The notes under the pieces were generated by a model. That model did no database searches and was not told the origin of the DNA. It saw nothing but the letters and a program-made list of their open reading frames with translations. Below, piece after piece: positions 15,109 to 28,779 of a DNA stretch of 64,000 nucleotides. Positions within the stretch are counted from its first letter, which is position 1. Each line of letters starts with the position of its first letter. Source of the stretch: Eledone cirrhosa. Its lineage: Eukaryota. The stretch is taken from the NCBI GenBank assembly GCA_964016885.1, contig OZ024743.1:295988001-296052000 (forward strand), in the 5' to 3' direction. A program made the position numbers and the translations under genes.

Positions 15109-15430
15109 ACATAAGTGTTTGAACTGTAAGTGTGTTGTAAAACACCTATTTATATGAACGATACATACACTTATGATATATGAACGATCATACACTTTAA
15201 CATATAAATGCAACGTTGTTATATTACATTTATAAAGAAATATACAAGTAACGTTTTCGATTCAGAAACAAAAACATAAGTGTTTGAACTGTGAATATGT
15301 TGTGAATAAGTTATAGAACACCTATTTATATGAATGATACATAAACTTTAACATATAAATACAGCGTTGTTATATTATATTACATTCATAAAGAAATATA
15401 CTAAGTAACGGTTCTTTTTGTTCTCGATTC
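15109..15430 (+). repeat. Diverged tandem duplication (~165 bp x2)
   Basis: ACATAAGTGTTTGAACTGT...ACACCTATTTATATGAA...CATTTATAAAGAAATATAC begins at ~15110 and again at ~15274. Confidence 0.75.
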
Positions 15431-15611
15431 AAACGATTCAAGAACAACGGTTAAAACACAGTTGTAGAATTAAAAACTAACTGAAAAGAAATATTACCCA
15501 AGCTGTGAATAACTTTAAATTTGATTCTGACAGAACTTTGTCGAAACTTTTAAAGATCATCGACTATTTTGAAAAATAAATACGAAATATTAGTGAATAG
15601 ACGAACTCATC

Positions 15612-18600
15612 ATGGCAAAAAGTACAAGTCTCCTTCGACCAAATCGCAACTACAACCGTTGTATACAGTGGAGCTACGAGCTTAACAAAGAATTATATGA
15701 AGCATACAAACAAGCTGAACCCCAAAAGTTCGGTTTTATGCAAAGGCTAAAACTTTATGGAACTCCAAACACCCAGAATTAGACTTTTCTCCAAAGCATT
15801 TAAATGAACAGGCAAAACGTATCATTAGATGTAAATTGATACATCTAACGGAATTGAGTGATACTACAAATACAGCCCTTGTAGACAACCACCCCTCCTC
15901 CACTGACAGACAAAGAGAATGGCTAGCTAAATCTAACAGTGAACAGCTCACCAACAATTTTGCTGAAATCCATCCCACTTCCACTGAAGAACAGCTAGAA
16001 AGGTCCGCTAACTCTAGTAGTAATTGCCACCACATCAACAACGAGGCTGAAATTCATGACTCTACTGAACAAACAGAACACCAAAAACTTGTGGACACCT
16101 TACAAGTGATATGGAACGATATGTTTCAAGAGATACACAGCCTTAATGTGAGTGACAGACCATACAACACCAGAATCAGTAAAGAACCCACTAAATTGGA
16201 ATTGGAAGCGGTGAACGAAATAGCTGGCAATTATCTGAAGGCTATACGATCTAAAGGTGTAGAAACGACATTTGAAACACTTAATATTTTGTTATATGTT
16301 TCAGCTGTCACATTGCTATCATATAACACACATCTAAAACCACGCAATCAAGATACAAACAGAAAGCCTGAACCAGCGTGGATGCGAAATTTAAAAACCA
16401 AAATTTTGTCCCTGAGACGAAGTATCTCTCACATCGCAGTCGTTATGAAATGCAACATAGAGAGCAACTTCACACGACACCAGGAAGACCTAAAAAAAAA
16501 AGTTAGAGAGACGATTTGGAGATACAAAATTTAAAACTTTGAACTCCAAATTACACCAGTTACAACAGAAAGACTAAAATATAAGTCAACAGCACATAAA
16601 CGACAAGTGCTAAATAGATTGTTTGCCAGAGATCCTAAATCAGTTTATCGCAGCTTCGGTGGCAAAAGCTCAATCCCTGTAAATGACACCCCTTCAAAAG
16701 AACAGGTTGAGAGCTACTGGAGATCTGTATGGGAAACGGATGACGGATTCAACAGACAAACTAATTGGCTAAAAGAACTGGAACAGGAATACTGCCAACA
16801 TGTCCAGACAAAACAATATGACATTGATGGGTCAATACTGGAAAAAGCTCTAGAAAAAATGTCGAATAGGAAATCGCCAGGCCCAGACCTCATTACAGGA
16901 TACTGGTTGAAGAATTTCACTTTCTATCGGCAAGATCTCATACAGAAACCATTAAAGGCACACAAGAACTGCCCAGATGGTTATCAACTCCCACTACTCT
17001 CCTCATTCCCCAAAATAGCCAAACCACCCTTGCTAAAAATTACCGCCCAATAGCCTGCCAAAACATCATGTATAAATTATATACTGGGTGCCTTAACCTG
17101 TCCTTACAGGATCACTGTTCTACCAACAACATCATAACACCTGAGCAAGCTGGTGGAAAGAGGGAGGTGTGGGGTTGCATAGATCACCTACTAACTAATA
17201 AAATGATTCAGGAAAAAACAACAAAGAATCGCAGAAAACATGACTGTGGTGTGGCTGGACTATCAAAAAGCATTTGATAGTGTACCTCATGGGTGGATTA
17301 TTAAGGCTTTACAGTTAGCCAAAGTCCCACAACCATTGGTAGCTGCTGTTGAACGCCTGACCAAAAACTGGTACACCAATTTGATCCTTAGAGGTGAGAA
17401 GGAGCAGGTTAAGACTGATAAGATACATTACCAGAAGGGCATCTTTCAGGGTGATAGCTTGTCAGTGCTACTCTTCGTTCTCTCACTAAATCCACTATCT
17501 TACCTACTCAGGAAACAAGGTGGACGAAGAAGTGGGTCCAGAAGTATCTCCAATCTTTTCTTTGTTGATGACCTGAAGTTGTATGGGTCAAATATCAATG
17601 ACATCAAGAAACAATTGGATCTCATTACAGAATTTTCGACCGACATCAAAATGAAATTTGGTGAGTCCAAGTGTGCATATTTGGCAGTAAAACGTGGAAG
17701 AGCTGTGCCCTCCTCTAGAAATCTAGAGATGAACGGCCTGACAATACAACCTCTACAGTCAGGTGACAACTACAGATATCTTGGACAGGATGAGAATGAC
17801 AGATATGATGGACCCATAAATAAGGAGAGAACCAGAACTGAATACCTCAGAAGAGTAAAGAAAATATGGTCATCAGAACTGTCAGCGTACAACAAATACA
17901 TTGCCCACAATACTTATGCTGTGCCAATTCTAACGCCAACATTTGGCCTGCTGAACTGGTCATTGCAAGAACTAAGTGAGATGGATGTTAGAACTCGCAA
18001 ACTTCTCAGTGTTACTGGGAACTTTAACATCAATGGTAATGTGGATAGGCTATATTTCTCACGCAAGGAAGGTGGCCGGGGTCTAAAATCAATATTAACA
18101 ACATATGAGACCCGGATAGTAACACTGAAGCAACACCTTCAACAGAGGAAAAAGGTTGGCAACCATCTTGCCCAGGTTTATGAGCATGAAAAAAAAAATC
18201 ATTAGAATAGCGACTGATCTGGAGGAGAGATATGGAATAAAGCCTGATATAAATATCTCACCCAGAGAAATCGGAAGATCCTATTCAATGTTCAAACAAG
18301 ATGAAAAAATTGACCAATTTACAGAAAAAGTTGTGCATGGATACTTGAGATGTAAAACACAGACCATAGAGGGGATAAACCACTCAAAAAGCCTGGCATG
18401 GAGTTCCGACAAGTTTATGACATCACACCTTGAGGGATATCTCTATGCAATACAGGAACAAGAACTCCCTACCAAATATCTGCTGCACAAAAGAGGAGGG
18501 CCAGCAGCTGACAATAAATGTAGGCTATGTAAAACAAAGATCGAGGATGTAAGCCACATTATTGCCAGCTGCGAAAGAATGTCATCTCGCTACTACCTCC

Positions 18601-19091
18601 CCATGAGACACGATGGGGTAGCTAGAACCATCTGGAATGCACTTCGGAAAACAAAATTAACAACAAACGAGGAAGAATATATTGAGACAGATGGCACTAA
18701 GGAATACTGGTGGAACCTGAAAATAAAAACTGCCACCAAATTAAAGCACAACCGGCCTGATATTGTTGTTTGGGACCACACATTGAAAACGTGTTCTGTT
18801 GTGGAAATCAGCTGCCCACTTGATGTAAACGTTGTCAGAAAAATACAAGAGAAGGAGGACATCTACGCACCATTGATGAGGAGTTTACAAATCCAGTATC
18901 CAAGATACACCTTTAGCTTCATACCCATCATTATTGGAGCTAAGGGTTATATACCAACCCGCTTGGACCAAAGTATGACTGAACTTGGATTTGCGGGCAA
19001 AAAGCACAGCTCCCTAATTCATAGTCTTCAAATGCCTGCGATAGCTGGCACCTTCAAAATTTGCAAAACATTCTTGCGATTCAAGGGATGA
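15612..19091 (+). mobile_element. Near full-length R4/Dong-like non-LTR retrotransposon; single ORF (RT, CCHC, restriction-like endonuclease) broken by frameshifts
   Basis: ATG at 15612; KSPGPDLITGYWLK, EQAGG, WLDYQKAFDSVPH, GIFQGDSLS, FFVDDLKLY, REGGRGL-like, CRLC..HIIASC, RHD, RPDIVVWD..EISCP. Confidence 0.9.
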
Positions 19092-19175
19092 CAATTTCTT
19101 TTCTTTTACAACCTTGCCACGGGAAGGTGGCCGGTCAAAAAAAAATATACTCGAAATTAAGAGAAAGAGATAAGA

Positions 19176-19325
19176 TACATACATACATACATACATACAT
19201 ACATACATACATACATACATACATACATACAGGCATACATACATACATACATACATACATACATGCATACATACATACATACATACATACCCCCCTCGTT
19301 ATCGAGTATGGCCATTGCACGATAT
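19176..19325 (-). mobile_element. Short RTE 3'-terminal remnant with (ATGT)n tail
   Basis: 19291-19322 is the reverse complement of 33401-33433, adjacent to (ACAT)n at 19177-19290. Confidence 0.65.
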
Positions 19326-19617
19326 ACCATTATTAATAATTATTAATTAATTCTATCGTGCAATGCCTGTGCGTGAAGATATTTTTTAAAGTGAGGAAAG
19401 ACTGTGCACTGAGCCAAACCCACTCGCTGAGCGACAGTAGCTATAACCCGAAAAGAAGAAAAGATCAACATCATCGGTATCTACTGAGTCGCAGGTTTTA
19501 TATCGGAGTTATCCCAAAAGGCAACTCAGGAAACTGGGATAACATACATACATACAATAGAAAGTCAAAACAAGTTATATCTATGACTAACAGTGAATTA
19601 TTAATTTACAACAATAC

Positions 19618-19808
19618 AGAGGGCGGTGAATTGGCAGTATCGGTAGAGCGTCAGACACCATGCTTTACAGCATAGAGTTATGGCCCTTTACGTTCTGTCT
19701 TCAAATCCCGCCGAGGTTAACTTTGCCTTTCATCCTTACGGGGTCGATAAAATAAAGTACCAGTAATGCTCTGGTATAATTGCTGGCCTTGTGCCAAAAG
19801 TAGAAACA
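19618..19808 (+). mobile_element. Full-length tRNA-derived SINE with 18 bp TSD
   Basis: A-box-like TGGCAGTATCGG, B-box-like TTCAAATCC, conserved GCCTTTCATCC..GGGGTCGATAAAATAAAGTACCAG; TSD ATTAATTTACAACAATAC at 19600 and 19809. Confidence 0.9.
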
Positions 19809-20108
19809 ATTAATTTACAACAATACTTTTTGAAATATACTTTGGTATCACAATATGAAGAATAATGCAATGTGTTGTAGAAATCTATTAGCAAGGATAG
19901 ACAAACGGACTATTGCGAAGAATATGACTGATTAACATCTTACGTGATTTTGTGTGAATTTGCCATTCGTATTCTGACTTTGGCTACTTTGTGAATGTTG
20001 TAAATTCTATCTTATGTATATTGCAGAGAACAAAAGACGCAGGCATATTAATTCAGACAGCACTCTTAATTTGACTAGGAATTTAGTATAAACTAGCAGA
20101 ATGGCCCG

Positions 20109-20152
20109 GCGTTGTGGCCGTGGTAACCCAGGTTCGAATCCTGGTCAGGGCA
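20109..20152 (+). pseudogene. trnH-GUG: tRNA-His(GUG) 3' fragment (anticodon arm to acceptor stem)
   Basis: CGTTGTGGCCGTGGTAACCCAGGTTCGAATCCTGGTCAGGGCA matches the metazoan tRNA-His 3' half; D-arm and 5' acceptor strand are absent. Confidence 0.75.
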
Positions 20153-20249
20153 GCTAATAGGGTTACGTTTCTCTTCTTATGTATATATATATATGTATGT
20201 GTGTGTGTGCGTGTGTGTGTGTGTGTGTGTGTCTGCATGTTTATGTGTT

Positions 20250-20301
<52 letters not shown>

Positions 20302-20302
20302 A

Positions 20303-20345
<43 letters not shown>

Positions 20346-20405
20346 CAAACATATATATATATATATATATATATATAAACACACACACACACATATATAT
20401 ATAAA

Positions 20406-20452
<47 letters not shown>

Positions 20453-20651
20453 CATAAGAAACGGAGAATCAGTGTTGCGACGAATAAAATTTATTAGACA
20501 TATTACAATCCTTTCTCTGGCGACCAGCTCGAGGCACGATCGATGAAATGATCGAACCTGACTCTGAAATCGCAAGGTCCTCAGATACGTCTCGATTCTA
20601 CGAAGGTGAGTTTCCATATGTATATGAGAGGCATTAATATATAAATACATA

Positions 20652-20838
20652 GGGCTGTGGATTGGCAGTATTGGTAGAGAGTCGGACGCCATGCTTTGAC
20701 GTATAGAGTTACGGCCCTTGCCATTCTGAGTTCAAATCCCGCCAAGGTTAACTTTGCCTTTCATCCTTATGGGGTCGATAAAATAAAGTACCAGTAATGC
20801 ACTGGGTAATTGCTGGCCTTGTTCCTAACGTAGAAACA
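20652..20838 (+). mobile_element. Full-length tRNA-derived SINE with 19 bp TSD
   Basis: Same family as 19618; TSD ATTAATATATAAATACATA at 20633 and 20839. Confidence 0.9.
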
Positions 20839-21145
20839 ATTAATATATAAATACATAAATTGCCATGGTTATTAATTATAGCAAAGTATTATAATATTTT
20901 GCTATAATTAATAACCATGGCAATTTATGTATTTATATATTAATGCCTCCCATATACATATCTATAACCTATACCTCCAATATTATAGCTTCATTATAAT
21001 TTTTCATTACAATTTTTATATATGTTCAGTTTTTATATTCTTGCTCTATAATATATTGATGTTAATACTTATACTTATTCTCACCTATAATGTATCCTGC
21101 TAAATGTTCAAGTGAATAGGATTATATTTGTTTTAACCTTTGTAT

Positions 21146-21191
21146 GCTCTGATGAAAACAGACTTATGTCTGAATGAAACGATCGTAAGCT
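21146..21191 (+). ncRNA. Canonical-core type I hammerhead ribozyme motif
   Basis: GCT-CTGATGA-aaa CAGAC ttat GTCTG aat-GAAAC gatc GTA-AGC; palindromic helix III. Confidence 0.8.
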
Positions 21192-21357
21192 ATTACATGT
21201 TTTAAACACCATTTGATTGTAACTTATTTTGTATTTCTGCTCTGTATTATACTTGATATCTTACATTGAGCTACTTTCTTACTGGTAATCGGGTAACATA
21301 TAATTTTACCCTTATTTTATATATATTCTTATATATAAATATTATGATAATAATAAT

Positions 21358-21595
<238 letters not shown>

Positions 21596-22180
21596 AAGAT
21601 ACTTTAACTTGAACCCACCCATGTTTGTAGATTCAAACCATCATGCTTTGGTTATGCTTGCTGCTAGTTTAACAGCGTCAAATATTTAAGCAATGGTTCT
21701 CGTGGCGCACTAATATTTGTTGCGATATTTTTTCTTTTTATTTACTGTCTACTTAATCTCACGCAACTCAGATCACTGACTTATTGGTGCCTTATTGGTG
21801 CCTCATAGAGACAGTGGACTTTTGTTAGTTTAATTAGTCAGAAAACGTGGAATAAGCAAGAACATTTGACCTCGATATGATTTGAATTCAGGGAAAAAAA
21901 AACAGAACAAGTCGCGCAAACAATTTCTCATGACACTCAAACTATTCTAATATTTCACCGCCTTAAGATATAATAATCGGGCCGTACTAATTCACCAACA
22001 TGGATTAAGAAATTTTAAATTGCGATTCTTACACAACCTCTTCCAAAGATGGCAATATTAAGAGCAACTCTTATTGTAAGGTTTTTAATACATAAATGAA
22101 GGGTTTAGCCATTTGTTATGTTTTGATCTCTTAGCATGATAACGGATTAACGCTTGTTTTGTTGAAGCGGAATAATAATA

Positions 22181-22361
22181 ATTGTTTCTACTTTAGGCAC
22201 AACGCCAGCAATTACCCAGTGCATTACTGGTACTTTATTTTATCGACCCCGTAAGGATGAAAGGCAAAGTCAACCTCGGCGGGATTTGAACTCAGATTGT
22301 AAAGGGACGTAACTATGCTGGAAAGCATGGCGTCCTACCCTCCACCGATACTGCCAATCCA
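22181..22361 (-). mobile_element. tRNA-derived SINE, same family, with AATAATAATA TSD
   Basis: Reverse complement of the 19618/20652 SINE. Confidence 0.88.
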
Positions 22362-22554
22362 CAATAATAATATTTGCGATGATGATGATAGAGAGCCGAA
22401 AAGATTGCCTTATAGGTCAGAGAAATAAACAGGTAAACTGAAAAATATTTGAAATAAAGACAAAGGCAGAGAGCTAGACACCATTGGAAAAAGAACATAC
22501 ATGAGTGTGTGTCCGTGAAACATATACACACATTTATTATGATGATGATACAAA

Positions 22555-22722
22555 GCCGTCAATTTGGGGAGTGGGGAAAGTTGATTATATCGACCTCAAT
22601 AATTGACTGGTACTTAATTATATCAACCCGAAATGATGAATGACAAAGTTGATGTCGAAGGAATTTGAACTCAATATGTAATGAGCCGGGACAAAGAACG
22701 CAAATCTTTTTCCCAACGCTCA
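22555..22722 (-). mobile_element. Older related SINE copy (a further fragment lies at ~28695-28765)
   Basis: GACTGGTACTTAATTATATCAACCC..GATGAATGACAAAGTTGA..GGAATTTGAACTCA. Confidence 0.65.
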
Positions 22723-23487
22723 ATAATAATATTGAATCTTTTGATGGAAGCTGAAGGACAGAAACCTAGTTGAATCTTTATAATATAACAGTTATCTATC
22801 AGTCAATGAATTAAGAAAAATAAATAAATTTAAAACAAAATGGAAAAAAGTGTTGTGAAAATTGTTTTGTTTTGCTTTTTTTAATCATATAAAAATAGAC
22901 AAGAAATAGTTCGTAGTTATATTTGTTTATATCTGTGTTATTGTGTTTTTGTTTTCATTTATTATTGATGGGGTTTCTTCGGTGTTTGTAATCCGTCAAT
23001 TAATTGTCCGTTTGATAGCAAACGTTGCTGTCCTTTTGTTAAAACTACAATGTATATATTTCGTTCTTTATTGTTTTTATTTTGTATTAATATTATTATT
23101 GTTATTATTATCACTATTATTTTGATAGTTGTTATTATATTATTGGCCTTCTTCTTTTACTTATTATTATTATATTGTTATTATTATCATTATTATTATC
23201 ATCATCATCATCAACATCATCACTAATTATTACTATTATCTCTTTTATTATTTTTATTGTTAGACACATCTTTATAATAAACATTATTATCATTTTCTAA
23301 ATTGGTATCACTGTGCCAGATAAAAGAACACTATATATATATGTGTGTGTGTGTGTGTATATAAGTATTGATATATATATATAATTATTTCTGTGTTCAT
23401 GTGTATGCATATATCTATAGATATACATATGTATATATCTATACGTACATATAAGTACATATATACATATATATATGTGTATGTATG

Positions 23488-23551
<64 letters not shown>

Positions 23552-23736
23552 TACATACATACGTACCAATAAAAGTTTCGAGGTGATCAATAAATGTTAA
23601 CATTACTGGTCTACTCTAGAAGATTTTGAAGGAAAAAAAATTGAAAACGTTTGAAAGCGCAACACACAGTTACGCGCGCACACACACACATACTAGACAC
23701 ACACACATATATACACACACATACTACACACACATA

Positions 23737-23793
<57 letters not shown>

Positions 23794-24294
23794 TACTCAT
23801 AGAAAATAATTTTAAAAATGTATTGAAAGCTTCAAATAAAGATATAAATAAATTGCTTTAGAAAACAAATAAAACTTAATAGGAATGAATTGAGAAGACA
23901 ATGCGATGTCGTATAAAAAAAACTACGGCAAGATTCCTTGATTAAAAAAGAAAGAGAAGCAATCTAAGACATTACAATAGTTGTTGATTATTGAAGCAGT
24001 GAGAAAGAATTCACGGGTTTATATAGACACTTTCTTTCTCCCCGATTCTGTTCGCTTGCCTAACTATTTATATTAATTATTTTATTGTATTCTTACACAG
24101 AACCGTGATATTATAATTATATGTCTGTATAGTTATACACACACAACAATATATCCATACATATATATATATATATATATATTAGAAAGTGAGGTTTTTT
24201 TTGGGGGGGCTGGGGTTGTAGAATGAAAAATAACCGAGGTGTCCTACAGGAGTGAAAGTATAAAAAAAAAAAAAAGATGAAATCGAAAACTCTA

Positions 24295-24330
24295 CTTTTG
24301 AAAAGCAGAAGAACTGCGAAACCGGTAAAG
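24295..24330 (+). ncRNA. Minimal type I hammerhead ribozyme motif (U3:A8 core) in a ~215 bp island between (TA)n tracts
   Basis: CTT-TTGAAAA-GCAG aagaa CTGC-GAAAC cg GTA-AAG; palindromic helix III (ACCGGT). Confidence 0.75.
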
Positions 24331-24391
24331 GAACCAAATAAATATATATATATTTTTTTAAATAAGACTCCAGTTGCATTTTCGATTTCAT

Positions 24392-24432
<41 letters not shown>

Positions 24433-24445
24433 CACATACGCACAC

Positions 24446-24483
<38 letters not shown>

Positions 24484-24574
24484 GGGGTAACAAATAATAG
24501 TTATATGCAGTCCACTTAGGTGAGGTTAAAAACCTTTTTTGTATAGCAAACCGTGTCAATCTTCTTTCCTGATT

Positions 24575-24606
<32 letters not shown>

Positions 24607-24607
<1 letters not shown>

Positions 24608-25762
24608 TGTTATACTTTGGGAGGGTCATATTTGTGTAATAATATTGCCAGAATTAATAACAGAACACACTCACTGTTTGGTTGGTTTTCGCTTCTGTGT
24701 CTTTTATATCGGTTAATTTAATTTATTCGGTCCTCACTGTTACCATTGACTGACCAACGGTCAAAAATACAGATACAATATAGACACAAACACATATATA
24801 TAGTCTAACAAAGTTCTTTCGTTGCACATCTGCAACATCGTCAGTGGTGCTTTTATGTTTCCTCCTGTTGTATTTTATGCCTACGCCATCTTTATTTAGT
24901 CTGTTTATTTATTTATTTATTTATTTATTGTATTCTCTGCGCATGCGTTTGCGTGTGTGTATAGTGTTTGATGTGTGTTCGTGTTTGGGTGACTGTATAT
25001 TCTTAGGTTACTACTGTGTGTTTATATGTGTTTGTTGTTATTGTGCTTGTGTATGTATTTATTTTTTTATTTATACTTCTCTTAGGTCAGTATTGTTTGT
25101 TTGGGTGTTGTTGTTATTCCATTTATTTTTTTCTGTTTAGCCTTGGTCTTCTAAGTTCTATTTCGCTGGCCTCTCTGATTTGCCTGTCTGCTGGGTCATT
25201 TCTATCTTTCGATATTATTCTAATTTCTATGTTGTCTATGTTACCGTGGAGTTGTTGTCTGGCATGTTCGTATAATACTGAAACGTTTTTTCGTCCTTTT
25301 ACTTCCCCCCAGTGTTGGTCTATCCTTTCACCTATGCTACGAGCTGTCTCGCCTATGTATGTTGTTGTCATGTTTCTTCAAGTACCCTCTGTACATCTTA
25401 TGCTATAGATTACGTTTCTAGTTTTACAGTTTATCCGGGGGTTTACTTTACATATAATACATTTCCTATTAGTACAGTGGATTTTCTTAAAAGGGTAGGT
25501 TTTGCTGATCAGGGATTTTATGGTGGTACCTGGCTTTTCTACCACCTTAATCTTTAAGTGGGTCTTTCTCAGGGCCTTTCTACACTGATTAGCTAATTTC
25601 CCTCCAGGGGTAGCGTCCACAAACATGACACTCTAGTATCTCTGTTTGTTGTACCATGAGGTGGCTTTCCCTATCTTATGTCTAGTCCAATCTAAGCTAT
25701 TCCTGTATAATGGGCAAATTCCTTTCATGTCCAGTTCTATGAGGGTCTTATACTTCTCCGAT
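24607..25762 (-). mobile_element. Inverted copy of the PLE 3' part (GIY-YIG endonuclease plus pseudo-LTR)
   Basis: Reverse complement of 27190-28354; NVIYSIRC..YIGETARSIGERIDQH. Confidence 0.88.
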
Positions 25763-26169
25763 AGACAGAACAACAACAACAACCACAATGATAATAATAG
25801 AAACATTAACGACAGACACAGCAGCAGCGACCACAGTATTAATAATGGTAGTAATACGAGTAACAACAACAACACCACAGTGGTAATAATAGAAATAATA
25901 CATGTAGCAACATTAATGATAGACACAACAACAACAACAAAAACAAGAAACATAATAAATGTAACAACCACAATGGTTGAAATAACAGTAACAACAACAA
26001 CAACGGTGGAGAAAACAACAACAATACATCTAACAATCACAGCAACAATACATCTAGCAATCATAACAATAATAATAATGTTAATGATAGGAATAACAAC
26101 AACCACCATAATAACAATAATAGCAACACACACAACTATGACGATAGATATAATGACAACCCCTTAGAG

Positions 26170-28354
26170 AAACTATTCTTCAATCCAGCTGACAAAACAT
26201 ATAAGATTGGCAATATCTATCCTACGAGGTTACCCTTTAATAAAAGGGTATGTATACCACAACAAATAGATGACGAGACAGAGGCACAGTTCACCATAGC
26301 TAGAAATAAGATTAGACAAATAGTAGACCGGTAAACTAAGAGACAAAGCAGACCAGATGTCCAACAACTTGGGAGGAAACCTGTAGAAGGCTTGGTTAGC
26401 CTCAAGCAGCGCACAAGAGATGGTGAGGTAGTATGTCTACCCACGGATAAGTCTGGTAGGATGTCAATAGACAGCATGCCGAACTACTTCAAGGCTATGT
26501 AACCCCCACATCACCAACACGAGCGAAATTGCACAGCAAATACATGATGGGAGAGAGAAACTCCTCAACGATCACATGATGATGTGGACCGACATCCTAA
26601 AGCCAAGCTGACGCACTGCCAACAACTTCCAAGCGTCTAACAATGGCATACCACCCTTGTATGGGCTCCGCAAAGACCATAAGACAGTCGACGGCCCGAC
26701 AACAGAACCACCAACAAGAGCTGTATGCGGAGCAAATATAGTTAGCAACTACAGGATCTCCTACTTCCTCTCAATGGTTTTACGCCCCATAATCAAGATG
26801 CCCCCAGATGTATGTGACAGTACAGAGAACCTCCTCAGCAGAATCAGTGAGTGCAACAAAAACAAAAACCTATCCAACTGCATAATAGGCAGTATGGATG
26901 TGGTATCAGTGTACCCATCCATTAAGATTGATATTGCTGTGGAAAAATGTGTGGAGATGATCATTGAGAGTGAGGTGGAGTTCTGCGACGTCGACACAGA
27001 CTAACTGGGCCTCCTACTTAGACTTACCTATGACACTGACTACCTAGACAGCAATGACCTTAGACGTTTCTGCCTCAGTAGACCCATAAGGGGTAGACCC
27101 CCCCCCCCGCCATAACCTCAATGGCAAAAAAGACTCCCATGGGAAGGTGGATTGGGTGGACCAAAGCTATACGGACCCCCAAAACAATGATCAGAGAAGT
27201 ATAAGACCCTCATAGAACTGGACATGAAAAGAATTTTCCCATTATACAGGAGCAAATCATGGAATAGCTTAGATAGGACTAGACATAAGATAGGGAAAGC
27301 TACCTCTTGGTACGACAACCAGAGATACCAGAGTGTCATGTTTGTGGACGCTACCCCTGGAGGGAAATTAGCTAACCAGTGTAGAAAGGCCCTGACAAAG
27401 ACCCACTTAAAGATTAAGGTGGTAGAAAAGCCAGGAACCACCATAAAATCCCTGATCAACAAAACCTACCCTTTTAAGAAAACCCACTGTACTAATAGGA
27501 AATGTATTATATGTAAAGTAAACCCCCGAATAAACTGTAAAACTAGAAACGTAATCTATAGCATAAGATGTACAGAGGGTACTTGCAGAAACATGACAAC
27601 AACATACATAGGCGAGACAGCTCGTAGCATAGGTGAAAGGATAGACCAACACTGGGGGAAGTAAAAGGACGAAAAAACGGTTCAGTACTATACGAACATG
27701 CCAGACAACAACACGACGGTAACATAGAAATTAGAATAATATCTAAAGATAGAAATGACCCAGCAGATAGGCAAATCAGAGAGGCCAGCGAAATAGAACT
27801 TAGAAGGCCAAGGCTAAACAGAAAAAATGAATGGAATAACAACAACACCTAAACAAACAATACTGAAACTAAGAGAAGTATAAATAAATAAATAAATAAA
27901 TAAATACATACACAAGCACAATAACAACAAACACATATAAACACACACTAGTAAACTAAGATAGAATACAATAACCAATACACAGTCACCCAAACACGAA
28001 CACACATCAAACACTATACACACACGCAAACGCATGCGCAGAGAAGACAAAAATAAATAAATAAATAAACAGACTAAATAAAGATGGCGTAGGCATACAA
28101 TACAACAGGAGGAAACATAAAAGCACCACTGACGATGTTGCAGGTGTGCAACGAAAGAACTTTGTTAGACTATATATATATGTGTTTGTGTCTATATTGT
28201 ATCTGTATTTTTGACCGTTGGTTAGTCAATGGTAACATTGAGGACCGAATAAATTAAATTAACCGATATGAAAGACACAGAAGCGAAAACCAACCAAACA
28301 GTGAATGTGTTCTGTTATTAATTCTGGCAATATGACCCTCCCCAAGTATAACAA
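26170..28354 (+). mobile_element. Penelope-like element, decayed: partial RT, GIY-YIG endonuclease, pseudo-LTR
   Basis: PTDKSG, YGLRKDHK..PTRAVCGA, GSMDVVSVYPSI; C..C..C..RNVIYSIRC..YIGETAR..R..H. The catalytic DD region appears deleted. Confidence 0.85.
28124..28168 (+). ncRNA. Hammerhead-like motif in PLE pseudo-LTR (mirror copy on - strand at 24805-24849)
   Basis: CTGACGA-t-GTTGCA ggtg TGCAAC-GAAA; helices I and III imperfect. Confidence 0.55.
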
Positions 28355-28410
28355 TGTTTGTTTTAACCCACGATTTCATATAAAAAACCTCGCAAACTAT
28401 TTCATCGCTG

Positions 28411-28461
<51 letters not shown>

Positions 28462-28779
28462 AGAATTAGTATGCAAATTGGGTTTTTACAACACTTTATT
28501 CGGAAATCTTCTATTACAAATGCTTCGACGGGTTTGACACCTATGCAGTGTGTTGGTTTCATAGTATCAATTCGGCCTCATCAGATGGTCTTCTGAAGTG
28601 AAGAGATAGGGGAAAGGATAAAATTGTCTGTTGAAACCAAATAATAATACTAATATTTATTATGATGATGATGATTTCTTAATTTAAATGAACTGCCGCC
28701 AATTTGGTGAGTGGGGAAATTGATTATATCGACTTCAATATTTGACTGTTACTTAATTTTATCATCTCATATATATCTG

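Noticed and set aside
20082-20152. Functional tRNA-His gene
   Set aside because: The 5' acceptor strand and D-arm/A-box are missing.
28520-28600. Minus-strand CTGATGA...GAAAC hammerhead candidate (partial halves also at ~20520, ~38350, ~44200)
   Set aside because: Helices are inconsistent or the core is missing.
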